A stretch of 64,000 nt of DNA, from contig JAPYYK010000103.1 of NCBI GenBank assembly GCA_028534125.1, forward strand, positions 1,302,001 to 1,366,000, given 5' to 3'. A program made the translations under genes and the position numbers. A model generated the notes under the pieces. The model worked only from the letters and a program-made list of their open reading frames with translations. It did not search any database and was not told the origin of the DNA. Position 1 is the first letter of the stretch, and each line of letters starts with the position of its first letter. The stretch is from Lama glama. Taxonomy: Eukaryota. Of this stretch, positions 49,978 to 63,964 are shown in pieces.

Positions 49978-51304
49978 TATAAAATGGAGCTTTTCTTTGC
50001 ATAGAAGTTCTTCATTAATTACAGAGATGGACTTTCAACTACTGATTACAGCTGTGGCTCTCTCCCTGACATATGGAGCATCTTAAAAGGGAAAAAAAAT
50101 ATAAGTCGGAGGGATTTCTCAGCAAATTCAATTCCTTTTATTTTCCAGAGGGGCAGGAGTGAAGCAGCAGGTGGCAAATTCATTTTTATCTAACATTTGG
50201 TCATGTGACATATTTTACTTTCACAGTTAATATAACTTTCTGAATAGCAAATTGGGAAAATCTGCCAGCATGTGGGGAGTCAGTGGGGTGTGTGTGTGTG
50301 CACACACATGTGCAGTGTGTGTGTGCACATGTGTGGTGTGAGTGTAGAGAGAATGGGGAGGCCTGTGTGGTGAAGGTGGGGGAAGGAGGTTGCTGTTCTG
50401 TTTTAAGTCACTAGTTTCAATCCATTTTGAGAACATTCTAAAGACATTATACGGGCTGGAGAGACCACCATTATTAAACGGCATGTGGTGATCACCGGTC
50501 AGGTCCTTTAAAGGAATGAACTTTCAAAAATAACCCCAAGACTGATCACAGCAACACCGGAGATCTCCCAGGTGGGATTACAAAGATTGTGTAGCAGAAA
50601 CCTGTGTAGTTTATGAGGGAGAACAGGAACTGAGGGAGCTGTCAATCAGACTTTTTCCACCAAGAAAAGTCATCAGTTTCAAAGTTATACCTACTTTTGA
50701 TATATATGTAATACTAGCAAAACAAAGCTTTCTAAACAGATAAAACAAAAAGTGACTTGTTATTGTATCATGTCACTGACATTATGAAGAATCCCAAACC
50801 CTGGGAGAAGAGTTAAGAACTCCCGCTGGTTTCACAGACACTCAGTGTAGTTTGGGGCAAGTTGTTTTCCCACAAGCCTCAGCTCCCTCAACCCACAGGA
50901 TGGGGATAATCAGAGTATGTGTTTCATATGGCTACCAGGAGAAATACCTACATGTGGGTAAGTACTCCAACATACTAGCTTTTCTCATAAGAGATATAAT
51001 CCAGATGTCAGGTGGGAATATTCCTAACAGGGATATCCAGGTAAACTTGGTCTATGCTTTTAGACTGTACTCATCTTAGTTCATTTATCATTTCAGTGTA
51101 GTAAAGACCCCAAAGTTAGATGATCTCTCGATTACCTTCCTCAAGTCCCTCTGGGCTTACTCTGCACCATCCCTTTGGAGCGGGGTTTTTGAAACCTCTG
51201 GGGGCTCCCGTGAAATGATGGGAAACAGCATTTTAGGGATCCCTCCTACTCCAGACACTAATGCTTCCACACAGTCTGTGACTTTTAGGTGGAATCGTTT
51301 TTCT

Positions 51305-52020
51305 TCAAAACATAAAAATAAAGCTGGCAAAGAAGTGAAGAAATTGCAATTCTTGTGCACTGTTGATGGACTTATAAGATAGTACAACCACTATGGAAAA
51401 CAGTATGGAGGCTCCTCAAAAAACTGAAAATAGAACTACCATGATGATTTAAAGAGAATTATATGGAATTTTCATGATTGATGATTACAATGATCCTGCA
51501 ATCCCACTTCGGGGTATACGTCCAACACAACTGAAGGCAGAATCTCAAGGAGATATTTGCACACCCAGGTTCTTAGAATACTATCCACAACAGCCAAGTG
51601 GTTGAAGCAACCCAAATGTCCACCAATGGATAAATGCCTCAACAAATGTGATATATATTCAATGGAAAAGGAAGGAAATTGTGATATGCTACAAAATGAA
51701 TGGACTATGAGGACATTTCCCTAAGTGAAATAATCTAGTCACAAAAAGACAGATTCTACGTGATTCCATTTATTTGAGAAATCTGAAGTAGTCAGATTCA
51801 TAGAAGCAGAAAGTAATGAGGTGGTTACCAGAAGTTGTGGGGAAGGGGGGAAGTATAGTCATTGTTTAATGGGTAAAAAGTTTCAGATATACAAGATGAA
51901 AAAATTCTGGAGATCTGCTTTATAGTAATATGAATATATTTAACACTAATGACTATACACTTAAAAATGGTTAAGATGGTAAATTTTATATTGTGTTTTT
52001 TAACACAATTTTTTTAAAGA
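51305..52020 (+). mobile_element. L1MA/L1MB-type LINE 3' end (~700 bp)
   Basis: CCACTATGGAAAACAGTATGGAGG...ATAGAACTACCAT...GCAATCCCACTTC...GAAGCAACCCAAATGTCC...CTAAGTGAAATAA...CACTTAAAAATGGTTAAGATGGTAAATTTTAT. Confidence 0.85.
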
Positions 52021-52489
52021 TTAAAAATGAACTGGGTAGACATGCTGGATCTACATTCTCTGGAAACTTTTCCCAACTACATCACCCACCCAGAACAGAT
52101 TCTAGAGCTGGATTTATGTCCTTGAGTTCACGGACAGAAGGGAAATGACTCCAGGTCACAGGCTCAGGTATTCTGACACCCTCCTTACTCTATTTCCACT
52201 GGTCATGCCCCAATACTACTTTATCTATGTGCCCAAGCCCAGAAATGTCAGAAGGTTTTGGAGGATATCTAATTGCCCGTAATTGACCTGCTGTTGCTTT
52301 TCTAGACCCTCTGTCAATCTTTCAGTTTACCTTTAAGCTATATTCTGCATAAATAGGGATACACATTTCCTATTCATTACCCCTTGGCCTGAAATCCTAA
52401 TATTTGACAATCTCATCATTAAAAAATAAATTTTGTTGTTTGACTTTTCTACCATTTCCATACTACTTCCACACTGGAAACTTGCCTTC

Positions 52490-52490
<1 letters not shown>

Positions 52491-52540
<50 letters not shown>
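52491..52540. repeat. (TG)12(AG)13 compound microsatellite
   Basis: Directly visible. Confidence 0.95.
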
Positions 52541-52541
<1 letters not shown>

Positions 52542-52544
52542 CTC

Positions 52545-53010
52545 AAAATCCACCCCTACATTCTAACACCCAAATTCCCTTACAGGGAATTGCCTCTCCA
52601 CCACTGGGAAGAATCTTGGGTTGAGTGTTTAGAATAGGTGTCTGCTTCTCCCTGTAGAATTCAAAGGGGTCAGAATCCTTTCCCTTCCACTCTGTAGAGC
52701 CACAGAAGGAACCTGTGGCCAAAGCTCAGCCAATGGGATATACCTGGGATTTTGAACTTTAAGTAAGAAATGTAAGAATGGAAGAGACAGTCGGAGTTTG
52801 AACATCTGCTATCAGTATGCTGACCTGATGGTTACTGAAGTTCCTGCTTCCAGCTCTCTGGTGCTAGCTTGGCCAACACCTACTCCTAAGCTGGGACTTC
52901 ACCCCTATTGATTCTATAAGCACCAGTTATCCTGCAAGAAAACTCCTTCAATTAAATGAGCCAGAGTTAGTCCCCATTGCTTGCAAAGAGGAAACACTGC
53001 CTGACAATAT
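52545..53010 (+). mobile_element. LTR33-like ERVL solo LTR (old)
   Basis: CCTGGGATTTTGAAC and a 3' end AGCCAGAGTTAGTCCCCATTGCTTGCAA...CTGACA resemble LTR33. Confidence 0.5.
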
Positions 53011-54329
53011 TTATTTTCACAGAGAACTTGAAAACAGCAACACTGTGACGGCTACCTCAACAAGCTCCCAGAGCCCTGTGAGAGCCTCTCACACCCTTGA
53101 TTCTTTAATGGAAGGATTTTGAAAATGTCTCCATGTTTCCAGCTCTAGTTGTGTCATTTTGCTCTTTAGGTTTCTTTAAATTCACACTGATCAGCTGCTT
53201 TTCTGGCCAACGATGTCCCAAACACTTAAAATAAACCCACCTACACTACTGAGCCCGCTAATCAGATGTCTGACAGCCAATTTCTTCAGCAGGATTTCTG
53301 TCCTTCCGTTGGGCTTTCTAGGCAGGAGTTTAACAGGTAGATTAGAGACTCGTTAACTGCCCACATCTACACTCTTCTTCCTCTGTTTATTCAAGAGAGA
53401 CCAGTAATTCCACAATCTCTTTGGCACAGGAAGCTGTGTCCCAGTGTCAAACACATGGCCGTCATCACAGATCAGAAGATAAACTTTTCTGCACGTGTAG
53501 GGGAGCGAGTTCTCAGGGTGCAGATCTAGTCACAATGCTGAGATGTAGGTGGTGTGGTTGACAGGAGCCACAGCCAGACCTGTGCGGGAGTGAAAGACAC
53601 ACGGGGCTGAAAGCCTGATTACGTCATTCTTCTTATTCTCTTTGTCTTCCCTTCCTTATTTTCTCCCAAAGAAATCGGTCCTGATTTTATTTATCATTCT
53701 GATAGTTTTGTGCTCTATTCTAGGTCATTCATTTCCACCTTTCTGTTTATTATCATTTTTCCCCTACAAATCTTAAAGCACAATTATTTATACTCTATCC
53801 CTAGTTCATAAGTAAGGGACCCACTGTCTGGTTTTGACTACTCTTGTCAGAGTAGTGATGACTTTTTACTGAATTATTTTTCCTTAATTATAGATTAATT
53901 GCTTTATATTTGCATAGTCCTCAAGAGCTTACCAGGCAGATTTTTACTTCTTATGTCATTCAGTTCTCACAACAATCTTTCCAGGTGGTGAAGTGTCCAA
54001 CTAAAGTCCTACTGGTAGGTACTAGTACTGCTGAGAGGAGCCTCCATGACCAAATCATGTTGTTGTTGTTTTCTGTAGTAATTATAAACCAACCCTATCC
54101 CAAACCATTTGCTCTTCCTTTCAGTCTACACATGAACCCAAGATGCAGCCATGAAGTTCCCTGTATGGATTTCACACTGAGCTCCAGGTATTTAATAATG
54201 GGGGTTTGGCAAGAAAAGTGAAATATACCCTATTAGAACTGAAGATTCAACTAGGCACTGATGAGGAAAGAGGGAGGGAAGGAATGGTGGACACGAAAGA
54301 AAGATAAGTAAGAAACACCCTGCCCTATT

Positions 54330-55210
54330 ACATCATCTGGGTCTCCCGCCCCTAAACTGTCAATCTCTCTCTCCAATATTCACAAATGAGCGGCATAGCC
54401 ACATAGTCAATTGCTTGGTCTGAAATTCTGAAAATCATCTAGGGCTGCTCCCTCTCACTCATCTTTCTGTCAGCCTTCACAGCCTACCTCACATCCTTTT
54501 GATCCACCTGCCTACTTAAATCCATTCTACCACCAGAGCTTACTATATTTTTTGCCAACACTTTTATAGTTGCCCGTGAACTAGTCCCCTTGCTTTCAAG
54601 ATCACATTTCTACATGGGAAGTATCTTCCTAAAGACAAAGAGCTGTCTGTGTAAAGTCTTTCCAAAGGCTTTCACAAGGTCCTCACAACTTCCTTCTTTC
54701 ACAAGGTCTTCTATGACCTGGCACCAGCATGGCTCTCAAGACTCTACCGTAATTACCACCTGACCAAATGAACCCCTCCTTCCAGGTATACAGAACTACT
54801 TTAAAACCCAGGCTAAGCCATCTTTACTCATTACTACACATTTTGGCTCATATACCATATAGAGTCTTCTCTCTGGGATGTCCATCCCTTCCTTCTTTGC
54901 AAGGCTATCACCCACTCATATATCAATAAGGTCAAAAATCACCTCTACTGAATCACTCTCTGTACCTCCCTAAACCACAGAGTGAATAGCCACGGCTTCC
55001 CCTCATGAGCTCTCACAGTTGTCTCTCCTATGAATTTTCATTGCATCTTGTTTTTGCATTTGAAACAGTGTGTGTTTCTCATACTATTTGCTGGCTTACT
55101 CCCCCGTTTCCAATAACAAAATTGTGAGCTACTTGAGTTCAGAAATCATGTCTTAGTCATGATATGCCCAGTGGCTTTCACTGTGTCTGGCAATAATATT
55201 TACTGACACC
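54330..55210 (+). mobile_element. L2 fragment (degraded, ~0.9 kb)
   Basis: TTCACAAGGTCTTCTATGACCTGGC...TGTGAGCTACTTGAG..CAGAAATCATGTCTTA...CACTGTGTCTGGCA. Confidence 0.6.
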
Positions 55211-55324
55211 AGAATTGAAATCAGAAGTTATATTGCTTGTTTTTTGAGTTAGGCCATGATGATCACGGTAATGTTCAGGTTATAGACTTTCCAGGGAACT
55301 TTAGCCCCTCTGGTAGTGGAATAA

Positions 55325-55791
55325 TAGCAAAGCTGCCATTTCTCTACCCACATCCCCTTGGCCTCACCACTATAGTGTATTAATAGCCCTACTTCCAACT
55401 GCCTGTGGCTTTTCTCTGGTTGCAGGATCTCCCCTTCCTCACCAGGGATTCAGAAGCAGGCAGGAGGTGACAGAGGATGAACACTCCCTGCAGCAGCCCT
55501 CAATCAGACTGATAAGATTTGGTCTATAAATAATGTAATTCCCTCACCTCTTATATATCAGACAACTCAGGGGTGTCAGTTCTATGCCGACTCCCGGCTT
55601 CTCCAATGAGATGAAGCTCCAGTCGCCCACAGGGTTGACTGGCTTGATAACCTGCCCTTTATTGGATGATTCCAATGCCTGTCTCACTTCCCTACTCTCC
55701 AAATTTTGTTTCCAGGAGTCATCTGCAAAGAAATGACTTGTACTAGTATCCCACTGTCAAAGTCTGTTTCTAGGGGAACACAACTAAGACA
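55325..55791 (+). mobile_element. LTR16(C)-like ERVL solo LTR
   Basis: GCAGCCCTCAATCA...AAGCTCCAGTCGCCCACAG...CCCTTTATTGG...CCTGTCTCACTTCCC...TCTGTTTCTAGGGGAACACAACTAAGACA end. Confidence 0.75.
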
Positions 55792-56384
55792 GTATCTGAT
55801 ACTATATCTTTTTAGGTTTAAAAACAGTTGTATAATTCTATGAAGTAGAAAACTAATATTATCTTTATTACGCATATGAGGAAACTGAGGTACAAAGAGG
55901 TTAAGCTTCACTTAAATTTAGTGCATGCATTTGAAAGGACAATCTACCTTAAGGAGGGCTGCTTGAGGGGTCTTCCCCCATCAGCTTAGTTCTTCTACTG
56001 GTCCTGTGAGCATCTTTAATTAAAAAGCTTACACACCAGTTGCTGATGGTGCCCTCCATCCAAAAGCCTAATGCGTGGAGAAGCCCAGGACCCAAAATGG
56101 CTGAGCCTGGTAATTCTGGAGAGTTGAAAACTAAACTCCTTCCCTAAGAGAACATTAGGATCATACAGAGAGGTCACTTACAAGAGTCTTGGGAACAGTG
56201 CTGCCGTGATCACTGTGATCACCTAGGATACGAGGGATTCATCCACAATAACCAGGGAGCAGCCCCATGAAACATACAAAGCAAAATACATTCCTACAGA
56301 TTGTTTTCATCTATGAAAACCACTCAAGGTAGAAATGAATGTAAGACACAGAAATTTATCTACAATGTGAAAGACAGGGAGGAG

Positions 56385-57120
56385 AACCTATTAAAATGTT
56401 CAACTTCCTAAGCAATCACAGATACACAAAGTTTTAAAAATGAAACTTTACCATTCTGTTAAAAATAAGCAAAGATTCAAATAAGATAATGTACAATGCT
56501 TCTGTAACTAGTAAAAATGGGCACTGTGTATAATGTCAGTGGGAGTATAAATTGGTAGAACATATTTGAAAATTAATTTGACATTTTATAATAGAAGCCT
56601 TAATATAGACTATAATTTGATGCAGTAATTTTTAAAAATATTCCCTAACCTTTAATCCAGTATTTTTTCCTTACAGATTTACCTTAAGCATACAACACCC
56701 ACTTATGTACATGAAACAAAAATATGTCCTGAAAATCACCACAAAATTATTTATAATAGCCAATAAAAAGAAATCACCTAAATGACAACCAAATAAATAA
56801 ATAAACTACGATTCAACCATATGTTAGAATACTTAAAATTAACATTAAAATTCGAGGTTTTGAAAGCTACAAAATGGCATAGAAAGTAACATATAAAAAT
56901 TTTAAAGATGCAGGCTTTATCATTTTATATATGGTATGAACTTATTTTTTTAATGTTAATAAACCTAGAAAAAAAGACAGGTAGAAAACATCAGGTGATT
57001 CATAACTGTTAAAATTGGTAATGAGATTATGAGTGACATTTTCTTGTTTACTTATGAATTTTCCAAACTTTCTTCAAAACACATGCCTGATTTTTATATT
57101 TATGTGAAGTTATTTAAAAA
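56385..57120 (+). mobile_element. Ancient L1M (L1ME/MC) 3' fragment
   Basis: AAAATGTTCAACTTC...GTGGGAGTATAAATTGGTA...TTATTTATAATAGCC...ACCTAAATG; very AT-rich. Confidence 0.6.
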
Positions 57121-58959
57121 TACCAATTGGCAATATCTGGGAAGTCAATCTCTGGGTGGTTTTTTCCTGCCTAATGGAAGACTAAGCATTGAATCAAGAA
57201 TAAATACTAGAAGGTGAAATAAAAATACTAATTTATGTAGCGTTCCCTTTGTCTAATCCAGCCTCTGAATCTGTGTGGAGCATACCTCCTTTCCTTATCC
57301 ATTTTAATGTTTCCAGTTCCAACATCCACCATTGGAGAGTCTTGTGGTTAATGGACATGTGCTGATTCCAGGGGCTCATGGACCCCGTGAAGACGTGTGT
57401 TTCTGCAATTTCAATTAGGGTGGCAACTGACAAGAATACAAAGCAGCAGAGCCAATGTTACGCATCTAGTAATAAACCGCTTTCCTGAATTGAGAAAAAT
57501 GAGGTTCACTATGAGTGCCACCTGCTTCTTGTCATCTCCAAGAGCTGTAGCAGAATAACTGTTGGAAAATAAACACATACTAGCCAAGACAATCCTGTTG
57601 TGACTTGGTTCTGTGTTGACCTCCCGTGCTATCCTCTCTTAACGATTTTGCCTAAAATTCTGCAAATTAATGAACATTGTTTATTTTGGAAGATCAAACT
57701 GACTCAGCAGGACTTTCCCAGAGACAAGGAAACCAAAGATTTTTGAAGGGAAAGCAACAACTAAACCAAATGTATTTTTAATTATCTTTAAGTTACATTA
57801 ATAACAACATTCTCAGTGGGACAAAGAAATCAAATCCTACGTACTATGAGACTTCTCATTAGCTTGCGAAAGGTTTCCTTTCGTCATTTGTTTGATTTCG
57901 TTTTATGGACTGGACTGGAGAGATTCATAATTCTAATAATTTATGTCCATGGTTATAAGCATAGGGCTAGATAGTGTCATTTGCCTGTTTACTGCTGTCT
58001 GAGACAAGTGATAGGTTTTGCATCAGTGCCATTATTTCTCTCTTAATAATTTAGAAACATCACCCTTCTTTCCCAAGCCCTGACTCTGAGTCTAGAAATC
58101 AGGATTCTCAGCTCTAGGAAAGCATGGCCTCCTTTTACTTACGGATGAAGCAGAGAGAAGTTAATTGAGATTGCCTAAGTTCATATATTTGCTACTGGAA
58201 TCACGGACATCATCCAACTCCTTTAAACTTCCGGAATAATTCCAATAGCTGACACCAGGGAAATCCTCCATGCAGTAATGGTACAGCTCTGCCTAATCCC
58301 ACCATAGGAGGTCACTGAATTGTCCAAACCAAGCAGATTTGTATCAAGTTTAAAATTTAAACTTGGTCTCAACATTTACTCAAAACACTTTCATTTAGTG
58401 CTTTCTCTGTGCATGGCATATGATCGAGTCTATATTAAGACATAAGAACCCATCATGGCCTTCTAGACGCTTATCTGCTACTAGAAGAGAAGGGATCCAC
58501 ACATCAATATCTCAGCCCCAGGAAGAGGAAAGTACAAAGTGACAAAGAGAAGGATGCACCAAAGGACCACAGGAGTTTAGTGACAAGACAAATCACCCCC
58601 CTGGGCTGGTGAGGAGTCAGTGGAGGGCAAGCATCCTGGGTATCGACACTGAGACTTGAAATAGATCATTAACTGTTTCTGACACAACTTCAGGGTTTTA
58701 ATGGCATCCAGATCTCCCTCCCCTACTTTGGACAAACCTATGAAATCCCAGGAAAATAAGAGGCAACAGAGGTAGGAAAGTAAGATTACAGTTAAGCCAC
58801 ACCAAGTTTGGAGAAAGTCTTCCTAACTTTCCCACATATGGGAGATGGGTCCAACTGACAGACCGTTGTTGGCCAACTTGTATTTAGACAATAAAGCAGA
58901 AAGCTGGGACCCATGACTTCTGTATTGGCCACATCATTTGCTAGCTCTACACAGTAAAG

Positions 58960-59600
58960 TTAAACACATTTTTAAATAAAAGCAATGTTACACTGGGAAA
59001 TCAAAAGCACTCTCCAAAAAGAACTACTGAAAGAGGAATAAAAATGACAATTATAGACTAATTAGAAAATAATGAAAATACAAACACCACTATCAAAAAC
59101 TTGGATATAATACAGCTCTACTCAGATAAAATAAATGTTTAACCTCAAATGATTTAATAATTAGCTAAAATGTAAGTAAAAAAATATATTAAATTTAAGA
59201 AGGTAGAAAAATAACCACAATCATTATGAAAGCAGGGGGAGGAAAATAATAAAAATAAAGGCAGAAAAGGATGACTTAGAGAAGAGAAAAAAAGAAAAAA
59301 AAATTAAAATTGCTCAATAAATCCAGGAGCTGCTTCTTAGGGAAACATATTATTAAGTACCAATATATGAATCTGGTGAATTTATTAATAGAAAAATAAA
59401 TAAATAAAATTAGAGAAAGAAAAGATGAATACATTGCATTCAAGACAATATATAAAGTCCTCTATTAGATTTGATGTTGAAATATATGAAAGTCTAGGAC
59501 AAATAAATACATTTCTAAGAAAACAGATTATTATCAAAATTTAATGAAGAAAAATTTTAAAACCTTACCAGAATTACAGGGCAAGATTATTAAAAGTTAA
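58960..59600 (+). mobile_element. Ancient L1 ORF2-region remnant
   Basis: A-rich; AATAATGAAAATACA...ATCAAAAACTTGGATA...TCAATAAATCCAGGAGCTGCTTCTT...ATACATTTCTAAGAAAA follows the decayed L1 ORF2 layout; no open frame. Confidence 0.55.
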
Positions 59601-60399
59601 CATGATGTTAGTCCTTTCCTATCTCCCTCTTGCCCCAACAAAGGCTATTAGTGTAAGGCTAATTTGTAAGTGACTTAAAAATATATATGTTATTTTCACT
59701 CCAAGTAATTTCATAATTAAAATGGCCAGTTATCAAGGAAAATGGAACAAAAGGCAAATAAGCCTAGGGTTTCAGGGCTCTGGTTTTCCAATAATTCATT
59801 GAGTAACTTTGGTCAAATTACTCCACTTTTCTGATTCTCACTTTCTTTCTCTGTAATGTAAGCATCGGTGCACATGTGTGTGTCAAAAGAATGAATTATA
59901 TCAAACACTAGCCAGCTCCACCATCAATCCTGGAAACACTGAATTTTGGAGTTAGAGAGCTCTAGAATGCTTTAAGACAGTCTCACAATTTATTATCAGT
60001 CCCTCCTATAACCTATTGCAAACTCTCTGTGTTATCTCTGAGTTTATCCCTTAGTCAATTTCTATCCTTTTATAGATCCAATTGCATCTATATCATATCA
60101 ACACCTTTCCCTCCTTTTGGGAAACATTTAGGTTCAACAACTGTAAGTAATAATAACAAGTGAGCCTAGTTTAAATATAAGCCTGAGAGCCAGAGCATGG
60201 AAATTCAAAGTTTGGCTTGGATCCCAAAGCATCTCTAATGAATAGAGTGCACAATATTCACCTGTAATCCCATGAGGAAGGGGCTGGATGTGATTGAGGG
60301 ATGTGCCAAGTGACCAACTTGCCCTAATATAAAAGAATCAGCCTCCTGACACTATAAACGTCACACAGGCCACCCCCCAACCCCAATGCTCTTTCACCA

Positions 60400-61020
60400 C
60401 ACCTTCTTGCCAAGCCAGCATATTAACAAAGATTGAAATAGAATGGCGATACCCATTTCTGCCAGGTGAGTGGGGAAACAGGCACTCAGAGAACTTACTA
60501 TAGGTGCATATTCAGTGCCACTATTCTGGGGAGAAATTGTTCACAACATTTTGAATGAATCTTTGCAGGATTTCCTCATTATTTCTTCTTAGCAGTGAAA
60601 TAATGAGGTCAAAGGATTTTATCCCAGTATTACATACCATAGTAAGCCATCAGAAAGCCTAAAATCCAATGATAGAAGCACTGATAAATATTGTTTGATA
60701 TATTCATTAAGTAAATATCATCACCTGTTTAAATAATTATGTAGACTGATTTTTATTGACATGGAAATAGGATTAGTATACACTGATCTGAGAGAAAAAA
60801 TAAAGGCTATAGATCAAATATATTATGATTAAACGTTATCCAGCTGTGTCTACATATATACAAGTGAAGAACCATATATGTACAAATTATTAAATAATTG
60901 GTAGGCTGCTGGGATTACAGTAGATTTCACATGCTTTCATAATGTTCTAATATTTAAAAGGTAAACATTACTCTGATATCTGAAAAGTGATAAAGGTATT
61001 CCCATTTTGATAACAAAAAT
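60400..61020 (+). mobile_element. Ancient L1ME 3' fragment
   Basis: GGGGAAACAGGCACTC...GGTGCATATTCAGTGCCACTATTCTGG...ATTGACATGGAAA. Confidence 0.45.
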
Positions 61021-61289
61021 AAAATAAGGGTACCCATAAGTAAAGTCAGAAACTCTACTCATACTGTATGCACTGTGCTGGTTCCAAATTTCCCAGGGAA
61101 GCTGAATTAGCCACAGACCACTGTGGTTCCCCTGCCTTGACTTCTTATCCAACCACTTTCTTGGGTGGAGGTCTCCCTTTAGTGGTCAGAAATCCATGAT
61201 TTATATGCATATATGTATATATCTCTATTTGTACCTCTGCCCTCCCTCCCCCCATACCCAGCATGACAGCCTATATATTTATGTGTGTG

Positions 61290-61331
61290 TATATATATAT
61301 GTATACACACACACACACACACACACACACA
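61290..61331. repeat. (TA)n/(CA)n compound microsatellite
   Basis: Directly visible. Confidence 0.9.
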
Positions 61332-63274
61332 TAGTCACACCTAAATATTTGCATTTTCCCCAGCGTTGTCAGCCAACAGTTCTGTGGGTTGTTATGACTT
61401 GTGAGCTCACGCCCTTGTCCTAACCTCCCAATGGTCTCGGAAATGTCTAACACATGGGGTAGGTGTTTTTAACCACCGGGTTGTGCTAAGATGTTTCATG
61501 AACACACAACTATGGAGAATTTAGGTGTCAAACTTGAAGCCAGCGTAACTTGCCTATCAATACAGTGGGCTTCCAGGAACACTTAGCACTGATTCTTTTT
61601 TATCCCAGTGTCCAATTTCGCCCCTTCTCTGGGCAGGCATGGTTGATGTGGGGAGGGTTTTCTGCATCAGCTGCACAGCTGAAGAATTTCACTGTGTGGG
61701 TGAGTTTGTTCCCTCCAACACCCAGCTGGATGCATCCTCAGTGGGAAGCGCTGCCCATTCCTTTCCAAAGGGCCACTAACCCTTACACACACCACATGCT
61801 GAATATCCAAGGGACATGGAAATAAAACTGCTCCAGATGAGGCAATACAAGCCATCCCAGGTAAGTGTGCTGCACCGCTCTGCTCCTCCCAGTCAGCTCC
61901 CAGGTGGTTCACGGATGACTTTAAGAGCCATACCAGCCTGCGTCTATGGAAACCATACCTGTCTGCTCTAGGAATCTTCAGACTCCACTATCCAGCTTTG
62001 TCCCTCCATCTTTAAACATCCATTTACTCCATTTTTTTTTTAATGGTATATGCATCCACTCTGTCTTCCTTGCCTCCTTCAGATGCTCTGAAAGAAACAT
62101 ATGCCTGTCTTCCAGGGTCAGCTTTTCCCAAGATGGTGCACCTAAGCCAATCATACAACAGCCACCAAGCGCGCAGCTGCATGCTGTCCCCACCCCCTCC
62201 CTTCTCTGGATGGAGGATGCTACCCAACTTGGTGTTTCAGGGGGAAGGTCTGACACAGCCTTTTGAACATCCACAGAACATGGTCTTTGAGGACTACATT
62301 CAATTTTCTGCTGGCTGCCCGGCTGCCTGGTTGCCTTGCTTGCCCTCAATCCATCACTCTCATGCTGAAGACCCTGGCTGATTTCACTGGGGTGAAGAGA
62401 ATGCATTTCTTTTTGTCAGAAGTCACCATCTTTTTCCTGGCAAAGTGGCTGTAGGTATAGAGTAGGAGAATACAAAATGACAGTAAGAGAAGGGGAGAGA
62501 TGATACTTTCTGGAATGGAGGATGAGGGAGAGAAATAGACACACACACGGTTACAGAGAGAGATCCTTTACCCCCAGACCAGGACATCCTCTCCACTCTG
62601 AAATCCACATACACATTACCCACTTCACCTTTGCCAAACAGCACTTAGATACGCCTTTGCTAGTAACTGCGCACCACTGTACAAGTAGGGGGTGGTGGAA
62701 AGTGCTTGTCTACCCCAGTTAACAGCCTACTCTCTTTATCCCACATCCTTCCTAAGATTTCAATGCATTCTCAGAATGTTTAATTTTCAAAATTAATCCA
62801 GCTCCAAGCTGGTTTCTTCATCTCTCTGACTTATTACATCCGGTGGCTGTTTCTTTCCCTCTAATCCGTGAAATTCAGTCCCCTTTCCTTGATAGCTCTG
62901 CATACACACCCCTCCACAATACAGCCCCCACACACAAAGAGACTCAAAAATATCTATCTGCACAATATATTTGCAGGTACTGCTGTGGTGCAGTTGCTGA
63001 TTTGGGGGAAGAGTTAAGTCTCCAGAGCTCGGCACAGTGGGGAGGAATCCATGTTTACATCACAGCAGGGAAAATGACTTTAAAAGTTCTCTAGCCATTT
63101 CCAATCACTCCCACATATTTAATAGAGTTTTTTTTTTTAGCCATATCATTCCACTTTAGCAAAGCAAAATTTTTCTAAATATATTCTGCTGAAGATTTTG
63201 TTCTCTGTAGCCCCCACCTTCAAACTTATATCTGATTTTGTTCCCCTTTGCATATGGAAAATGTCTGTAATGTG

Positions 63275-63510
63275 GTAGAGGTGAAGGTAAGCAGTTGTAA
63301 ATTGGGCTCTTGATATGAGGAGACTGATTTTCTATGAGTGTGACATCTGGGGTAAGCTACTTCACAACTCAGTGCCTCAGTCTATGCGTAAAATGTGGCT
63401 AACGACAATACTGAACTGTGGGGTTGTATAAGGAATAAATGAGATGATGCAGGAAAGATGACTGTCAGTTACCTGGCACAGAGTAAACTCTCACTGGTGT
63501 TCATCTGAGA
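63275..63510 (+). mobile_element. MIR SINE, near full length
   Basis: GTGTGACATCTGGGGTAAGCTACTTCACAACTCAGTGCCTCAGT...GTAAAATG...GGGTTGTATAAGGAATAAATGAGATGATGCA...CCTGGCACAGAGTAAACTC. Confidence 0.7.
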
Positions 63511-63964
63511 GAATCACACATCAGTCCTCATCCCATCTTTGTTCCCCATCAGTCACTACAAGAAATATGTGGTATGCAGATGGATCTTACTACCAATGAC
63601 ATCAATTAATATAAGTGTCTCCCACGGAAGGCAAACGAAGCTCCAGAAAGTTGTTTTCACACTGCATTCTTTTTCTCTGTTTAACCTATCAGGTGATGAC
63701 TATCAATTGAACATATATACACATACAGCGATGAGATGACAGGAGCAGTATTGCCCCCATTATGGTCATGTGTGTGTCACCACCGGGGTTCTACCTGATC
63801 CCTGGATCACAACATATGCTATTATTTACTTCACTTTTTTTCTTCTTTAAATCAACTCAACTATTTTTTTGAGGCCTGATCTATGACACTAACAATAAAA
63901 TTAGAGTTCTCATGTGCTATTAATCATTGCTTAATAGGCATAAAATAAGCAGTGAAAACTAACA

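Noticed and set aside
58345-58365. 10-bp-arm inverted repeat CAAGTTTAAA-A-TTTAAACTTG (also GTGATCAC-T-GTGATCAC at 56206-56222)
   Set aside because: Short and isolated; plausible by chance or local slippage in 64 kb of AT-rich DNA.
61771-61866. Strong plus-strand donor CAG|GTAAGT with a 90-nt candidate exon
   Set aside because: All three frames contain stops, and isolated consensus donors are common by chance.
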